Below are positions 19,176 through 33,625 of a stretch of DNA of 64,000 nt, in pieces; within the stretch, counting starts at the first letter, position 1, and every line of letters starts with the position of its first letter. Position numbers and translations under genes: made by a program. Source of the stretch: Shigella phage ESh19; the sequence record ON528729. One strand, 5' to 3'. A model generated the notes under the pieces. The model was given only the letters and a program-made list of their open reading frames with translations. It made no database searches and was not told the DNA's origin.

Positions 19176-19369
19176 TATTTCTCACCTTTAAAAGCCTTTT
19201 CCAAGGTATCTACAAATTCATCATCAATAGGTGTATCTGTTTTACTCGCAAGGTATCTTGCAAGCTTAAAGAACACTTTTTCAATCATGTATTCACTGAG
19301 AAGAGAAAAAAGAAGCTTCCAAAAGAATGCCCCAAGGTTTTTCATGAAGATTGCTAGAATGGTTGGCAT
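19175..19369 (-). CDS. small membrane protein (holin-like?, 64 aa)
   Basis: Single hydrophobic segment plus charged C-terminus; RBS AAGGTGA. Confidence 0.35.
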   Translation of the reverse strand: MPTILAIFMKNLGAFFWKLLFSLLSEYMIEKVFFKLARYLASKTDTPIDDEFVDTLEKAFKGEK

Positions 19370-19418
19370 TTAATCACCTTACTTCTTGAGCCAAGATGGT
19401 GAGAATACCTACTAAGAA

Positions 19419-19447
19419 ATATTAACACCATCTTGACAGTTAGTCAA
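19419..19447 (-). promoter_or_regulatory. sigma70-like promoter TTGACT-N17-TAATAT
   Basis: Minus-strand reading upstream of 19369 gene. Confidence 0.5.
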
Positions 19448-19455
19448 CAAGGTAA

Positions 19456-21831
19456 TTATGCAGTTCTTACCCAAGCCATTAATTTAATGTAAGTGTTAAG
19501 AACACTGAATGCTGCACCAGAACCAGTTGCACCAGTGTTACCACTGAATGTGTGGTTGTGAGCACCAATACCTACACCGTGACCGTGAGCACCTACCCAA
19601 CTTGTTCTCCCTGTCCAAGTTCTGGAAGCATAGAAGTTAACTGGCGCACCATAAGTGAAGTGAGAACCTGTCCAGCTATGCCCACCTTGGCTACCACTCA
19701 TTGCAAAAGCACCGTCTGCAACGTAGAACGAGTTATTATCACTTCTAAACCATCCAAAGTTACCAGAGATTTCCATATTACCTCTGTCATGGTCGTGAGC
19801 ACCTTGAGCGTCTGTGTACTTAGTGCCATAATCAAATGTACTTGTTGTTCCAGAGAAGCTATGAGTGTGCGCAGGAATATGACCAACACTTAGAGCCACC
19901 GTATCAGAACCACCAAGACCTTTCACATCGGAACCATTTGCAGAACCAATTCTAATAGTTCTGTTTGCACCCTCTGTCAAGTAAGTCCAAGTAGTGCCTG
20001 GGAAAGCTGTATTTGGGTTGACATTAGAAGCAAAGAACGTCACAATACCAACTGGATACACTTTTTTAAGGTCTGTAGCATCAGTTACAGCGGAAGCAAT
20101 ACGTTGGTCTACTTCAGCCTTGGTGTAAGCACCAAGTTCAGAGGGTGTAGGTTTGTCTTGGTCTGTGTAGATTTTAGCCCAAACCTCTTCAAAACCAAAT
20201 CCATCCCTTGCTGTTCTATAATAGATTCCAGTATTCTTGTAGTTAAATTTAAACTGTGCAGTCGGTGTAGATGCACCAACTCCAAGGTACATTTGGTAAA
20301 CTAAGTGAGTAGACCCACCAGTTGAATTTGTAACACTGTACAAACCTGTTTTTGAATTCCAAGCAATACCTGTTGCATCACCAACTTCTGTTCCCGTTCC
20401 AGATACACCAGACAACATATATCTTGAGTTTGAAGCAGATTGTGTGTAGTATCTTGAGTCAAAGTTTGACCAATCGCTTGGTCTTACTTGTCCAACAATA
20501 TTCACATGTGTATTCACATCTAAATCAGTACCAATATTGATTGCCTTTCCTGTTACATCATTGTTAAGTACCACATTGTTTTGACCAGCATCACCAATAC
20601 CCAACCACCATCTCCTGCTCCCATTAGCATTATGTGCAGACATGTAGATTCCAGAGTCTTGTACTGTTGCCTGTAGTCTAAAAGGATTGTCGCTGTCAGT
20701 ATTGATAGTCTGTGGACTAGTAAAAACGTTTGCAGCATTAGTTCTTGCAAGAACATTCGTTAAAGAGCTTGGAACGTATCTTGTATCAAAGTTTGCAAAG
20801 TCACTTGGTTTTACCTGACCAGTTACATTGATAGCTTTATTAAATGAAAACTCTGTAGCAATTTTCAAGTTAACATTTGTCATCTGATTTGCTAAAACAA
20901 TCTCAGACTGCGTACCATCTGGTTGACCTACATACCAAGTTCCTGTCCCAGCACTGTTATAACCACGCATAAATAATGCAGCATTCTCTGTAACCGCTCT
21001 TAAGTTAAGTGCATTACTATCTGCAATAACATAAGTCTTACCATTGAAGTTGTTAACCCCAACAAAGTTATTACTTGCATTAAGTTTTGCAAATCTCTGG
21101 TCAGCAGCAGTCTGTGTAAAGAATCTTGCATCAAGGTTATTCCAGTTATTAGGCTGAACCTGTCCATTGATTTCAAAATTCTTATCAACACTAACAGAGT
21201 TTGTGCCAAGAGTCAACGTAGCACCCTTACTATTAACTAATGTAACATCAGTACCAGAAGTCAAGTTACCAACTGTGAATCTCAAAGCATTATTTGAATC
21301 CCTTGCTTCAATATATGCTCCACCATCTGGTAAGATACTTTTAAGTGTTAAACCAACACCGTTGATATTAATGATTTGTCTTGCCAAGAAGGTATTTTCA
21401 GTTTCCTTCATAGCGTATCTTGCATCATTTTCAGTATTAGTTCTCATACCTAATTCATTAGGAGATGGTTTATTAAGTGTGTGATAAACTGTTGCAGACC
21501 TTGTGGCATCATTTACAGTTAATCTTAAAGCACTTGCATTAATTCTAAAGGTCTTGGCAGTGTCACCGAGAATAACCTCAGAAGAACCTGTTGGGTCTAA
21601 TAAGTCTTTTCCACCGTATCTTAATTTGACGATGCCAAGATTCCCTGTCATATCCCCACCAGTTAGTTGTAAGAATCTTTCTAGTTTGAAAGAGGCAAGG
21701 AAATTTGCATAGGTCATTTTACGGTCTTCATCACCTAGCATATCAGACCTTTTGATAATTCTTAGGTGAAGTAAATCTTCTGAGCGAACTGTATCAATAC
21801 TGTTTAGCTCACTTAGCTTATATTCAGCCAT
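19456..21831 (-). CDS. tail fiber protein (791 aa) with C-terminal His-x-His repeats
   Basis: Size, position distal to baseplate genes, HTHSFSG ... GAHDHD ... GAHGHGVGIGAHNHTFSG motifs; RBS AAGAGGA. Confidence 0.65.
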   Translation of the reverse strand: MAEYKLSELNSIDTVRSEDLLHLRIIKRSDMLGDEDRKMTYANFLASFKLERFLQLTGGDMTGNLGIVKLRYGGKDLLDPTGSSEVILGDTAKTFRINASALRLTVNDATRSATVYHTLNKPSPNELGMRTNTENDARYAMKETENTFLARQIININGVGLTLKSILPDGGAYIEARDSNNALRFTVGNLTSGTDVTLVNSKGATLTLGTNSVSVDKNFEINGQVQPNNWNNLDARFFTQTAADQRFAKLNASNNFVGVNNFNGKTYVIADSNALNLRAVTENAALFMRGYNSAGTGTWYVGQPDGTQSEIVLANQMTNVNLKIATEFSFNKAINVTGQVKPSDFANFDTRYVPSSLTNVLARTNAANVFTSPQTINTDSDNPFRLQATVQDSGIYMSAHNANGSRRWWLGIGDAGQNNVVLNNDVTGKAINIGTDLDVNTHVNIVGQVRPSDWSNFDSRYYTQSASNSRYMLSGVSGTGTEVGDATGIAWNSKTGLYSVTNSTGGSTHLVYQMYLGVGASTPTAQFKFNYKNTGIYYRTARDGFGFEEVWAKIYTDQDKPTPSELGAYTKAEVDQRIASAVTDATDLKKVYPVGIVTFFASNVNPNTAFPGTTWTYLTEGANRTIRIGSANGSDVKGLGGSDTVALSVGHIPAHTHSFSGTTSTFDYGTKYTDAQGAHDHDRGNMEISGNFGWFRSDNNSFYVADGAFAMSGSQGGHSWTGSHFTYGAPVNFYASRTWTGRTSWVGAHGHGVGIGAHNHTFSGNTGATGSGAAFSVLNTYIKLMAWVRTA

Positions 21832-21876
21832 TTATAAATCCTCTTTCTAGGGGCTGTGTAGCCCCTTATAAAATAA

Positions 21877-23052
21877 TTACGCAGTTCTCTTCCAAACATA
21901 TACAACATAAGAAGGTTGCTCAATATTAAATGCTTGTCCAGCACCAAATGCACCAGTTGTACCTGAGTGAGTGTGCTCAGAAGATTGAACTGTCACAGTA
22001 CCTGAGTGTCCATGTGAACCAATTGCAACGCTGTGTCCATGTGCTCCAATATACACACTGTGAGAGTGGTTACCACCAACTGAAGAGTTAACGTTGAAGG
22101 TATGTGTGTGAACCCCATCAAAGTCTGTATATGACGCATTACCAACACCTGCATCAGCCGTTGCCGTAATAGCGTTTACACCACCCCTGTCGGAACCCCT
22201 CAATGGAATCCTGTGGCTGTGACTACCAGCACTGCTTACAGAACCATTAACGTTATGAGCGTGGCTTCCAGAGTCGTTTGTGGCCTTAGAACCATAATCA
22301 AAACTTGATGTGCTCTTAGTCCCATAGTCAAAGCTAGAAATTACTACTGTTGCATTATGGGAGTGTCCACCACCAGTTAGTAATACAGAGTGTGTGTGAC
22401 TTGGAATGTTATTTTGTGTAAGTGTTACAGTAGCAGAACCAAATACTGATTCTACAGGTCTTGTATCTGTGTCATAACCAACAAGAGACCTTCCTTTAGA
22501 AACTAACTCCCAAGTACCACCACAAAGTAAATATGTAGATGGGTTTGCAGGGTTAACTGACAAATGAATAGTACCAATTGGATAGCTATTCTGGATAGCT
22601 CTGTATAAAGCATTCACAGCTTTTGCAGTAGCGTACTTATCAGCATCTTCAGAGTAAGAGTTTGAGTATGTCCAGTTTTGAATATTAGACAAACCTACTT
22701 GAATCTTGTTAGTGTTGTGAGGGTTATTCTTGTCATTAATGTGATTTTGAATAAGGGCATTAACTTCATCACTTGATAGAATATTAAGGTTCTGTCTAGC
22801 CTCTTCAACACTAACCACGTCTGACAAGTTATTAGCAGCCACTAATTGGAGTGCGTTAACAACATTACCAAGTTCTACGTGAACCTTTGTAACACCGTGT
22901 GGGTTATTTCTTAAAGATGCGTGTGGAGCAAGTAATTGCTCAAGTGTGCATCGTTTATCCTCAATACCTTGCTTCAGGTGAAAGATATCACTTAAATCAA
23001 TCGGTAATGAGGCTTGAGGCAATGCACTAATTTGAATTTCACCGACTGCCAT
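21877..23052 (-). CDS. tail fiber / receptor-binding protein (391 aa), His-x-His rich
   Basis: HTHSV, GGGHSHN, GSHAHN, GSHSHR, GGNHSHS, GAHGHS, GSHGHS repeats; C-terminus similar to that of 19456..21831. Confidence 0.6.
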   Translation of the reverse strand: MAVGEIQISALPQASLPIDLSDIFHLKQGIEDKRCTLEQLLAPHASLRNNPHGVTKVHVELGNVVNALQLVAANNLSDVVSVEEARQNLNILSSDEVNALIQNHINDKNNPHNTNKIQVGLSNIQNWTYSNSYSEDADKYATAKAVNALYRAIQNSYPIGTIHLSVNPANPSTYLLCGGTWELVSKGRSLVGYDTDTRPVESVFGSATVTLTQNNIPSHTHSVLLTGGGHSHNATVVISSFDYGTKSTSSFDYGSKATNDSGSHAHNVNGSVSSAGSHSHRIPLRGSDRGGVNAITATADAGVGNASYTDFDGVHTHTFNVNSSVGGNHSHSVYIGAHGHSVAIGSHGHSGTVTVQSSEHTHSGTTGAFGAGQAFNIEQPSYVVYVWKRTA

Positions 23053-23054
23053 TA

Positions 23055-23354
23055 TTAGCTCCCTTTATATTCGTATGTGTAAAGGTTAGTCGTGCTGGTG
23101 TGTGCAGTTCCTGTTACTGTGTCAATTAATTCCCAACCATTGGAAACTAAATCAGGTTGCTCCGTAGCAAATGAACGAACCTCTCCAACCGTACCATTTA
23201 CTTTGTTAAGCAAATAGTTGATAATATAGTTAAACCACTGACGACCCATAGGTTCACCCCTTAATAGGCCAGTGGCTTGAATTTCTGGAGGTGGTAAAAC
23301 TTTAAGCTGGTTACCATCAGCATCAACTGTATCTGTAGACCATGAAAGAGACAT
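23055..23354 (-). CDS. hypothetical tail-associated protein (99 aa)
   Basis: ORF track; position. Confidence 0.45.
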   Translation of the reverse strand: MSLSWSTDTVDADGNQLKVLPPPEIQATGLLRGEPMGRQWFNYIINYLLNKVNGTVGEVRSFATEQPDLVSNGWELIDTVTGTAHTSTTNLYTYEYKGS

Positions 23355-24211
23355 TATGAACTTCCTTCTTGTTGAGATTTATCTTTTCTGCCTTTGACGA
23401 TTTGGGCGACTTCTGCCATAATCCCATAATCACCACCTGCTACTGTTTCTTTACCAGCAATGAAATAGTCGTTGCTATTGTTTGTTTTGCTGACTTTTAA
23501 ATAATCTTTACTGGTACTTCCACCAGTTTTATCCACTCTTACATAACCATCTCTTACACCTGCATCTGCAAAACTACCTAATTTGTTTGCTTCTAGAGAG
23601 CCACCTGTGTTATTCGTAATAAGACCCTTGTTAGTGTTTGTTACAAACCAGTTATTGTTCTCATCAGTGATTGCCAGAGATGAATCAGCAACCTCTACAG
23701 GAGTCCAAGCAGTACCATTTAAGGTAACATCTCTAAGGATAACTGCCGAACCAATAGTTGTTGCAGCAATCTTAGAAAGTGTGTATGCTGTATCTAACAC
23801 GTTATTACGAGTGTTTACACGGACAACGATTCCACCAGTCATTGGTGTAATGTGCTCAAAAATCTGACTGAATGATGCGTTGTAAAGGGTCATAACAGCC
23901 CTTTGTAAGAAGTTTGGTGTGGTGTCAGAACGTCTTAAGAAAATTTGAATGTAGAGGATAGCTCTGTAAGTGTCATCATCAGCACCAATAGGTCTAGGGA
24001 CTTTAATCAAAGCCCCAATGTTATCAAGTTGTGTGCCAACACCTACACGAATATTTCTTTCAGTATATAACTGGTTACTGATATCCTCTAATAATTGTAA
24101 CTCATCTGTGATAGATTTCAATAGACTTGTGTAAATAAACTTATCTTTGAATTGAGTTACAGTTCTTTCGTCCAATGTTTTCTCATAAAAGTTTTCAATC
24201 TTTTTAAACAT
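23354..24211 (-). CDS. baseplate/tail protein (285 aa)
   Basis: Start refined to ATG 24211 (RBS GGAGTAACA) directly after upstream stop. Confidence 0.45.
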   Translation of the reverse strand: MFKKIENFYEKTLDERTVTQFKDKFIYTSLLKSITDELQLLEDISNQLYTERNIRVGVGTQLDNIGALIKVPRPIGADDDTYRAILYIQIFLRRSDTTPNFLQRAVMTLYNASFSQIFEHITPMTGGIVVRVNTRNNVLDTAYTLSKIAATTIGSAVILRDVTLNGTAWTPVEVADSSLAITDENNNWFVTNTNKGLITNNTGGSLEANKLGSFADAGVRDGYVRVDKTGGSTSKDYLKVSKTNNSNDYFIAGKETVAGGDYGIMAEVAQIVKGRKDKSQQEGSS

Positions 24212-24213
24212 TG

Positions 24214-25683
24214 TTACTCCTTGGTAATTGTATACTGTGAGCTTTCCCAAACAGTGTACTGGTCACCATCAATAGTGATTCTTGAAGTTGTGTACTGCCC
24301 CTCAGCAGGTGGAATTGCTTGGTTATTTGAAAGTGCAACCTTAATCTCGTTAATCTCGATACCTTGAATCACATCATAGATATGTCCATAGATTCTGTTA
24401 GGGATTACATCGTTACCAACTTTCAACGTTCTACCATAGGCATTAATACCTTGAACAATTCTGTCATGAATATCCTGTTCAGGGATGTTAAGAGTTTCTT
24501 CATCGTAAAGAGAGTAAGTAACCTTGACAAAAACATATTTAGGCATTGGTCTGCTAAAGTAAACATCATGAGGGAGAGAACCTAAGTCATATGCAGTCCC
24601 AAAGATTGAACCATATGGGCGAATACCAGCAGGTTTCGTGTCCCAGATTGCCTGTGCAATATTATCATTCTGACCACCAACTACAACAATCTTAAAAGAC
24701 TTCGGAGGAAGACCATCAGCGTTTGTTGTCTCAGTATCATTTTCTACACCAGAAGCATCAGACACACCTTGCACTCTCTTGACAGCAGCTACAATAGCAT
24801 CCAGAGTACCTACACCAGTAACAGCCAGAGATTCTAAGTAACGCTGTCTCAGTTCTGTGTCAGTTTCCTCATCACGACCTGTTGTCAAGTCATATCTGTT
24901 GAAAACACTATCAAGACCATCTACAGTTGTTTCAATCTCAATCAAGGTTCCTGCAAGAGTCTGGATAGCTCCAGTTTCATCTGCTACAACGTCACTGATT
25001 GAAGTAATCTTTGTAAATGTTAAGAATGTCGTTGCAGTAACAACCATAGGGTTAGTTCTGGCAATGATATCTCCAGTGTCTTTATAGATTCTTAGAACTG
25101 AGCCATCATTAATAACTTCAGCCTTTGCAATAATACCACCATTGATAGCATCTGCAAGTTTCTGTAGCAATGTTGTAATGGTATCAGAGCTAGTCGGATG
25201 ATATGAATACTCAATGTTGTCAATGATAATAACATAGTTTGCATCTGTTCGTAAAGAGTTAACTTCTAAGTTTGCCTCTACACAGTAAGATGGAGTCAGC
25301 GTGAAAGTTGACACAGGGTAAAAGATATTACCTGCTGTGCTTCTTAACCTTGTAGTGGCTGGTACAGGAGCACCAGAATTACCAGTGAACTCAGCTTGAC
25401 CTCTTGTAGCCTGTGCCACATATCTGTATACAGCGTTCAAAGCTGTTACATCATCTAAACTGAATCCTTCAGCTTTGTCAATAGTACCACCGTCATAGAT
25501 TTCTGACAAGATTTCATGAACGTCTGCAAGACCTCGGCAAACAGAAGCTAAGAATAACCCAAGTTCGCTATCTTCAGAAACATCAAGGTTTGGTGAGATA
25601 TCTCTATACAGACTTGCTTTAACATCATCCAAGATTTCTTGATATCTTTTTGTTTGTAAACCTGTAGTTGTTAATCCAGCCAT
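24214..25683 (-). CDS. baseplate protein (J-like, 489 aa)
   Basis: Size and position within baseplate block; inference from synteny. Confidence 0.45.
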   Translation of the reverse strand: MAGLTTTGLQTKRYQEILDDVKASLYRDISPNLDVSEDSELGLFLASVCRGLADVHEILSEIYDGGTIDKAEGFSLDDVTALNAVYRYVAQATRGQAEFTGNSGAPVPATTRLRSTAGNIFYPVSTFTLTPSYCVEANLEVNSLRTDANYVIIIDNIEYSYHPTSSDTITTLLQKLADAINGGIIAKAEVINDGSVLRIYKDTGDIIARTNPMVVTATTFLTFTKITSISDVVADETGAIQTLAGTLIEIETTVDGLDSVFNRYDLTTGRDEETDTELRQRYLESLAVTGVGTLDAIVAAVKRVQGVSDASGVENDTETTNADGLPPKSFKIVVVGGQNDNIAQAIWDTKPAGIRPYGSIFGTAYDLGSLPHDVYFSRPMPKYVFVKVTYSLYDEETLNIPEQDIHDRIVQGINAYGRTLKVGNDVIPNRIYGHIYDVIQGIEINEIKVALSNNQAIPPAEGQYTTSRITIDGDQYTVWESSQYTITKE

Positions 25684-26098
25684 TAAATGTTTACCTCTGT
25701 ATTAATTTCAACATCGTCAGCAGTTGTCGTTGCATTAAATCTTACTGACACTTTTCTCATTGCATTATCCATTGTTGAAGAGTAGTTGTAGATGTTTGTT
25801 ACATCTCTCGTTTCAACAAGGTAACCTTTCATATAATTATCAAAAATAGAGGTCTTCTGCTTGAACTTAGCAAGCTGTAAATAAGGGAATCCAGCAGATG
25901 TATTAAAGAATACCTCTCCAGCCCTTAGAAGACACCTAATATGTAATCTTTGAGCTACCTGAGTAGCTTTATCGTCTTCTGGGATAATTCTAATCTGATT
26001 ACCCGTAATTTTTAAATCTCCGTGAGCAACGTATACAGAATCATTTCCTAATTTAGCTACGTAGTCACCACCAAGATTAATTGCAAAATCTGTTTTCA

Positions 26099-26099
<1 letters not shown>
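25683..26099 (-). CDS. baseplate protein (138 aa)
   Basis: Synteny. Confidence 0.4.
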
Positions 26100-28860
<2,761 letters not shown>

Positions 28861-28861
<1 letters not shown>

Positions 28862-31098
28862 TATTCATCCTCTGGGTAGCTAGAGTTTAACAGAATATCT
28901 TCCTGACTCTTATCAGTGATATCCACCATCTTAGTAGCAATCTGCTTACCATCCAGATTAAAGGAAACGTTAAGCGTCTGCTTAGTTTGCAATGGTAGTC
29001 CAGAGGGAGTCATCATCATAGGTGTCTGGTTAAACTTGTTTGCAAAGTTATTTAGAGACTCAGACAGGTTGTTCATGATAATATCCCAATTTGACAAACC
29101 ATTATCAACCCTCTGAATATTTCCAGAAGTGTCTGTGGTATATTGTGCAAACTGAAGTTGTCCATTCTGGTCAAAGAACATTGGACGTTTTGGATTAGTG
29201 ATTCCTGAGATAGCTTCATTGAAAGGATTAGGTGTGTTAACCTCGTTAAATCTCTTTCCAGCATTCTTGTCAACTGAACCAGATAACATTAATGCAGAAC
29301 CACCTACACCAAGAGCCATTCTGGTTGCTGATACACCAGCCGTTGTAGCTGCTGTTTCTGCTGCTGTAGTTAACCCAAACTTCTGTGCAATCTTAGCTAA
29401 GATACCTTCTTCAAAAATACTCTTGACAAATGCTACAGTACCACCAAAGATTTTAGCAACTTTTGTAATAGCTGCAATTGAAACACCGATAGCGGTGAAC
29501 GTAGCAACTAACTCAGCAGAGTCCTTGATTAGTTTCTGTTGACTAGCATCTAATTCCTTGAAATAACCCATTGAGGTGTAGTACAATGAAGAAATGCGGT
29601 ACATGATATCTGTCACGAAATCTAGGAGGTTACTAGCACCTTTTAAGAGGTAACCAATACCTGTACCAAGTGCTTCAGATGTACCAAGGGAACCTTGCAA
29701 GAACATTGCAACTGAGTTAGAGAGTTGTGAAATACCTTCGCTAGAGTTGTTAAACAAAGCTACAAGGGTGTTATCCCACATTGCCTTTGCTTGACCCATA
29801 GAGGTAGCTGTCTGCTTAGAAACTGCATTCATACCACCTGCTGCTTCAACAAGCTCTCTCATTTTTTCTGAGACTTTTGGTAGAACGTCTTTTGCAAGAA
29901 GCTGACCATCTTTCATCATCTTGTCAAGTTCTTGTGGAGTTTTACCAATAGCATCAGCAAATAACTGAACAGCACCTGCCAAACGGTCACCTAACTGTCC
30001 ACGAAGTTCTTCAGCCTGAATCTTACCTTTAGATGCCATTTGCTGGAAAGCAACCATGATACCTTTCAAGTCTTCATCAGAAGCACCACGAATACGTGAG
30101 AACATAGCAGCATTCTTATAGAACTCTTGAGTTCCTTTAAAACCTAACTCTGGTTGAGCACCAGCAGCGAAGTTTGAGTACTGCTTCATAGTGTCTGTGT
30201 AGTTCTGACCAATCTGGTGAGAGAACGTAGCAGCGAACATTCTAGCTTGCTGTGTATCCCCTCCAAAGATAGCTGTTGAGGCTAACTGTGCAGACTGTCT
30301 CTTTACACCTGCATCAATAGTCTTCTGAGCTAATTCCAGCATAGCATACGCTGAAACAAAACCACCTACAAGCTGTCTTAGTGAAGAGTTTGCTCTGTCT
30401 TGTAACCAAGCTGACTCTCTGACTGCCTTAAGTCTAGCATTTTCTGCAATAACCCAACGTTTGGTAGTGTCAATGAGTTTCTTGACTTCCATCTCATACT
30501 CACCAACTTTACCACTACCTTTGTACTTATTATAGATTCCTTGTAAGCTTCCTCTGAAGGAAGTAGCCATTTGGTTACCTTGTCCACCAATTGTTTCAAG
30601 ACGACGAGTCAAACCAGAGTAGAAGTTGTTATTAAACATTCTTTCCATTTGTCTTTGAGCAATATCAGGTCTAACTCTAGGTGAACCACCACCTCCAACC
30701 GGAGGGATAGTATTACCACGGCCTCTACCAACTCCACCACGAACATTAACTTTACCTTCAACATTCATAGCTTGTCTTAGAGCCTTATTAATCTCTTTGG
30801 CTGTTTTCTTACCCTGTGTTTCTAATCTACGAAGTGATTTTACACCTTGTGAATCTAAATTCATAGCATTGTTTAGGGATTTATTGATTCTGCCTGAAGC
30901 AGTCTGAGCGTTTTTTACAAGTCTGTTTAGAGCGTCTTGTGAACTTCTATTAGGCTTCACATCAAAGGCTTTATTGATATTGCGTTCAATACGTTGAGCA
31001 GACTGCATAGCCATTTTCTCAACTCTTTGCAAACCCTTAATAACCTTTTCACTGAATCCAAGTTCAACAATAAAACTATCAACTGTATATTGTGCCAT
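28861..31098 (-). CDS. tail tape measure protein (745 aa)
   Basis: Long helical/Gly-rich protein between chaperone genes and baseplate genes. Confidence 0.7.
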
Positions 31099-31325
31099 TA
31101 AATTTTACCTGCTTTTCTGAGTTCGTTGTAAGCCATTTCTTCTTTATATGACTTCTGGATTTCTAAATATTGACGTAGAGATAATAAATCAACGAAGGTC
31201 ATATCAAAAAGTTGGTTGAGTGTTTCTTTACACCCATCCATACCATAAATAGCAAGCACAAATTTCATCTCATCTGCTTCATCATAAGTTGCCTTTACAG
31301 CCCCGTCAGTCAGCGGGGTCTGCAT
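31098..31325 (-). CDS. tail assembly chaperone (75 aa)
   Basis: Small gene immediately upstream of tape measure. Confidence 0.4.
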   Translation of the reverse strand: MQTPLTDGAVKATYDEADEMKFVLAIYGMDGCKETLNQLFDMTFVDLLSLRQYLEIQKSYKEEMAYNELRKAGKI

Positions 31326-31333
31326 AGAATAAC

Positions 31334-31735
31334 TTAAGCTTCCTGTTGAGAAGTTAGGCTTTTGAAAATGCTTGCCTCGAAAAAACTTCCGAAGTTTGCC
31401 TCCAAAGCAAAAGCTAAAAAGTCAATAAATTCACCGTAGTTCGCTTGGAAGTAACTATCAATTTTCAGTGGGAAGTCATTAACTGTTGCCCCCTGAAATA
31501 GTGTCTCTGCCATTGCATCAATATCCAGTTCATCAACCTTTTCAAAGCAAGCTTCTACAAGCTCTTTAAAGGGAACTTTCACCTCTCCATCTTTTGAGGT
31601 TAGTCCAGAGAACATCTGTGCAAATGCTGGTACAACTGCTTTACCAAGCTTCATAGAGATACGGATACCATCTCTAGCTCCAAGAAGAATAATAGTTACC
31701 TTCTTGCCATTAATCATTTTAGTTTCAGTTTTCAT
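31334..31735 (-). CDS. tail assembly chaperone (133 aa)
   Basis: Position between tube and tape measure. Confidence 0.4.
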   Translation of the reverse strand: MKTETKMINGKKVTIILLGARDGIRISMKLGKAVVPAFAQMFSGLTSKDGEVKVPFKELVEACFEKVDELDIDAMAETLFQGATVNDFPLKIDSYFQANYGEFIDFLAFALEANFGSFFEASIFKSLTSQQEA

Positions 31736-31811
31736 TGTGATTCCTTAAAAGTTCTGGTATAAAAACACAAAAGGGGAAGACCTTTTACAGTCTCCCCCTT
31801 ATTAGGATTTG

Positions 31812-32258
31812 TTAAACGCTTGACGCAGGGATTGTTGAAGCGTAGTCTAACTTCTCACAACCGAAAATCCAAGTTTTAGAGTTCTGGTAACGTCCAAGTT
31901 CAATCTGTGGAAGCTCTTGCAACCAAGCATTGATACCTGTAGCCAGTACTGAACCGGATGGGTCATAAATTACGAAGTTAGATGAAATGTCTTCTTCAAG
32001 TTCCATGTCATCTTGTTTAGCTTGAATTGCAGAAAGCATCTGGTTAGATAGAGAAGTCTGCATTAGCTCAATCTCAATCGTACCTGTCTTGTCTGCATTT
32101 CTTGTCAGAGCTACTTGACCACCTGCACCTACAACTGGCGTAACAAGTGGAGAAGTTCTCTGAAGACGCAAGAATGAGTCTGGTGCAAAACCTTCAATGG
32201 CAATGCCATTCCAGCTACAAACTACATCTTTAGGGGAATATTGCTGATACATAGCCAT
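31812..32258 (-). CDS. tail tube protein (148 aa)
   Basis: Synteny after 450-aa sheath-like gene. Confidence 0.45.
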   Translation of the reverse strand: MAMYQQYSPKDVVCSWNGIAIEGFAPDSFLRLQRTSPLVTPVVGAGGQVALTRNADKTGTIEIELMQTSLSNQMLSAIQAKQDDMELEEDISSNFVIYDPSGSVLATGINAWLQELPQIELGRYQNSKTWIFGCEKLDYASTIPASSV

Positions 32259-32272
32259 TCCTAATTACTCCT

Positions 32273-33625
32273 TTATTCGTAAGCCACTGTGCCTTTCAAG
32301 TCAACATCCAAGATAGCCCCTGCAAGAATACCGTGGAAGGTAACGTCTTTCAGGATACGTGCTTTCTTATCTGCCAATGCAACTTGTGAGGCTTTAGGAA
32401 CAGTAACGGTGTAAGTTGACAAAAAGTTTCTGTTAACTGCTCGCTGAAGAGATGTTTCAATGACCTGACGAATACGGGTAATACCAGTATCATCATAAGT
32501 AATCTTACCACCCTTCTGATTAATTAGCAAGTCTCTCAGAGATGTTTTCAAATCAGATTCAAGCCAATCAACACCACGTACAATGTCAATCCATTCACCA
32601 CCAGAAGTGATACCTCTGCGCACTACAGGAACCCCACCATCGAGGTCAATGAAGTTACAGCTACGAGTGTCTAAAGCTGACTTCTGAATGCTTGTCAGTG
32701 GTCTCTGGTTAGCGGGTTGTAGAGATGCTGCAACACCAGTTAATTGAGCGTTACCCCAAGCAATTGAACCTGCATCGTATGGAGCGCCATATGCGATGTA
32801 AGCCATTTCTGGGTAGTCATACTCGGCTGTGTGATGCCACAAGCAAACTGTACGAGTGTACTTGCTCTTAGCTAACTGTGCCGGAACATCTGTTGCAGAG
32901 GTCAAATCAGTGCCTTGCAGAGCCTTAACATCAGCATTAGCTGTGAAGAAAATCTTCTTACGAGCCTGAATCTCTGAAGCCATTGCCAAGACAAACTGTT
33001 GAGTTCTGTCTTCTGCTGAGATGAAGTACCAATCTGTTGAATATGTTTCAATGGATGCCAGAGCAGCAGAAGCCGTGTCAGCAGTTGTTGCTGCAATAGA
33101 TGTTGTAGGTGTAATAGACGTTACTTTTACGAAGTCATTATCACCAGCTTTAGTAATAATCATCGTCGCAGAAGCACCAGTACCTGTTACACTAACATTA
33201 ACACCATCTTTAATTGTTGGGCTTGCTTCAATCTGTGATTTAAACTCATTCAAGACAATAAGTGCTGTGTCGCTTTCTTTTGCAGTGTACTGGAATGGCT
33301 GAGAAACACCACCACCAATAGCAACTGTCAATGAATATTCACTTCCTTCAGCCACTGTGTCGGGAATAGAAACAGTATATTGCATAGTTCTTCTACCAAT
33401 ATACAGTTGAGTTACTTTTGGAGTTTGGCTCCATAGCTGTTTTGCAGCTTTATACGCAGCAGTACTTTCATCAAAGTCTTCAGCTACTTCTGTTAATGAA
33501 GTGTAACCACGGATTCTTTCTTCAAAGTTATCTGTTGAAGCAAGGAATAATGGTAAACCAAAACCTTCTCTTGTAGTTCCTGCTGTGTTCAATGTAATAT
33601 CTACATTAACAATTGGATTCCACAT
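32273..33625 (-). CDS. tail sheath protein (450 aa)
   Basis: Size and position; implies contractile tail. Confidence 0.45.
   Translation of the reverse strand: MWNPIVNVDITLNTAGTTREGFGLPLFLASTDNFEERIRGYTSLTEVAEDFDESTAAYKAAKQLWSQTPKVTQLYIGRRTMQYTVSIPDTVAEGSEYSLTVAIGGGVSQPFQYTAKESDTALIVLNEFKSQIEASPTIKDGVNVSVTGTGASATMIITKAGDNDFVKVTSITPTTSIAATTADTASAALASIETYSTDWYFISAEDRTQQFVLAMASEIQARKKIFFTANADVKALQGTDLTSATDVPAQLAKSKYTRTVCLWHHTAEYDYPEMAYIAYGAPYDAGSIAWGNAQLTGVAASLQPANQRPLTSIQKSALDTRSCNFIDLDGGVPVVRRGITSGGEWIDIVRGVDWLESDLKTSLRDLLINQKGGKITYDDTGITRIRQVIETSLQRAVNRNFLSTYTVTVPKASQVALADKKARILKDVTFHGILAGAILDVDLKGTVAYE

Noticed and set aside
31098-31735. Programmed -1 frameshift between the two tail chaperone ORFs
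   Set aside because: The two ORFs are separated by 8 nt and do not overlap; no slippery heptamer spans a frame junction.
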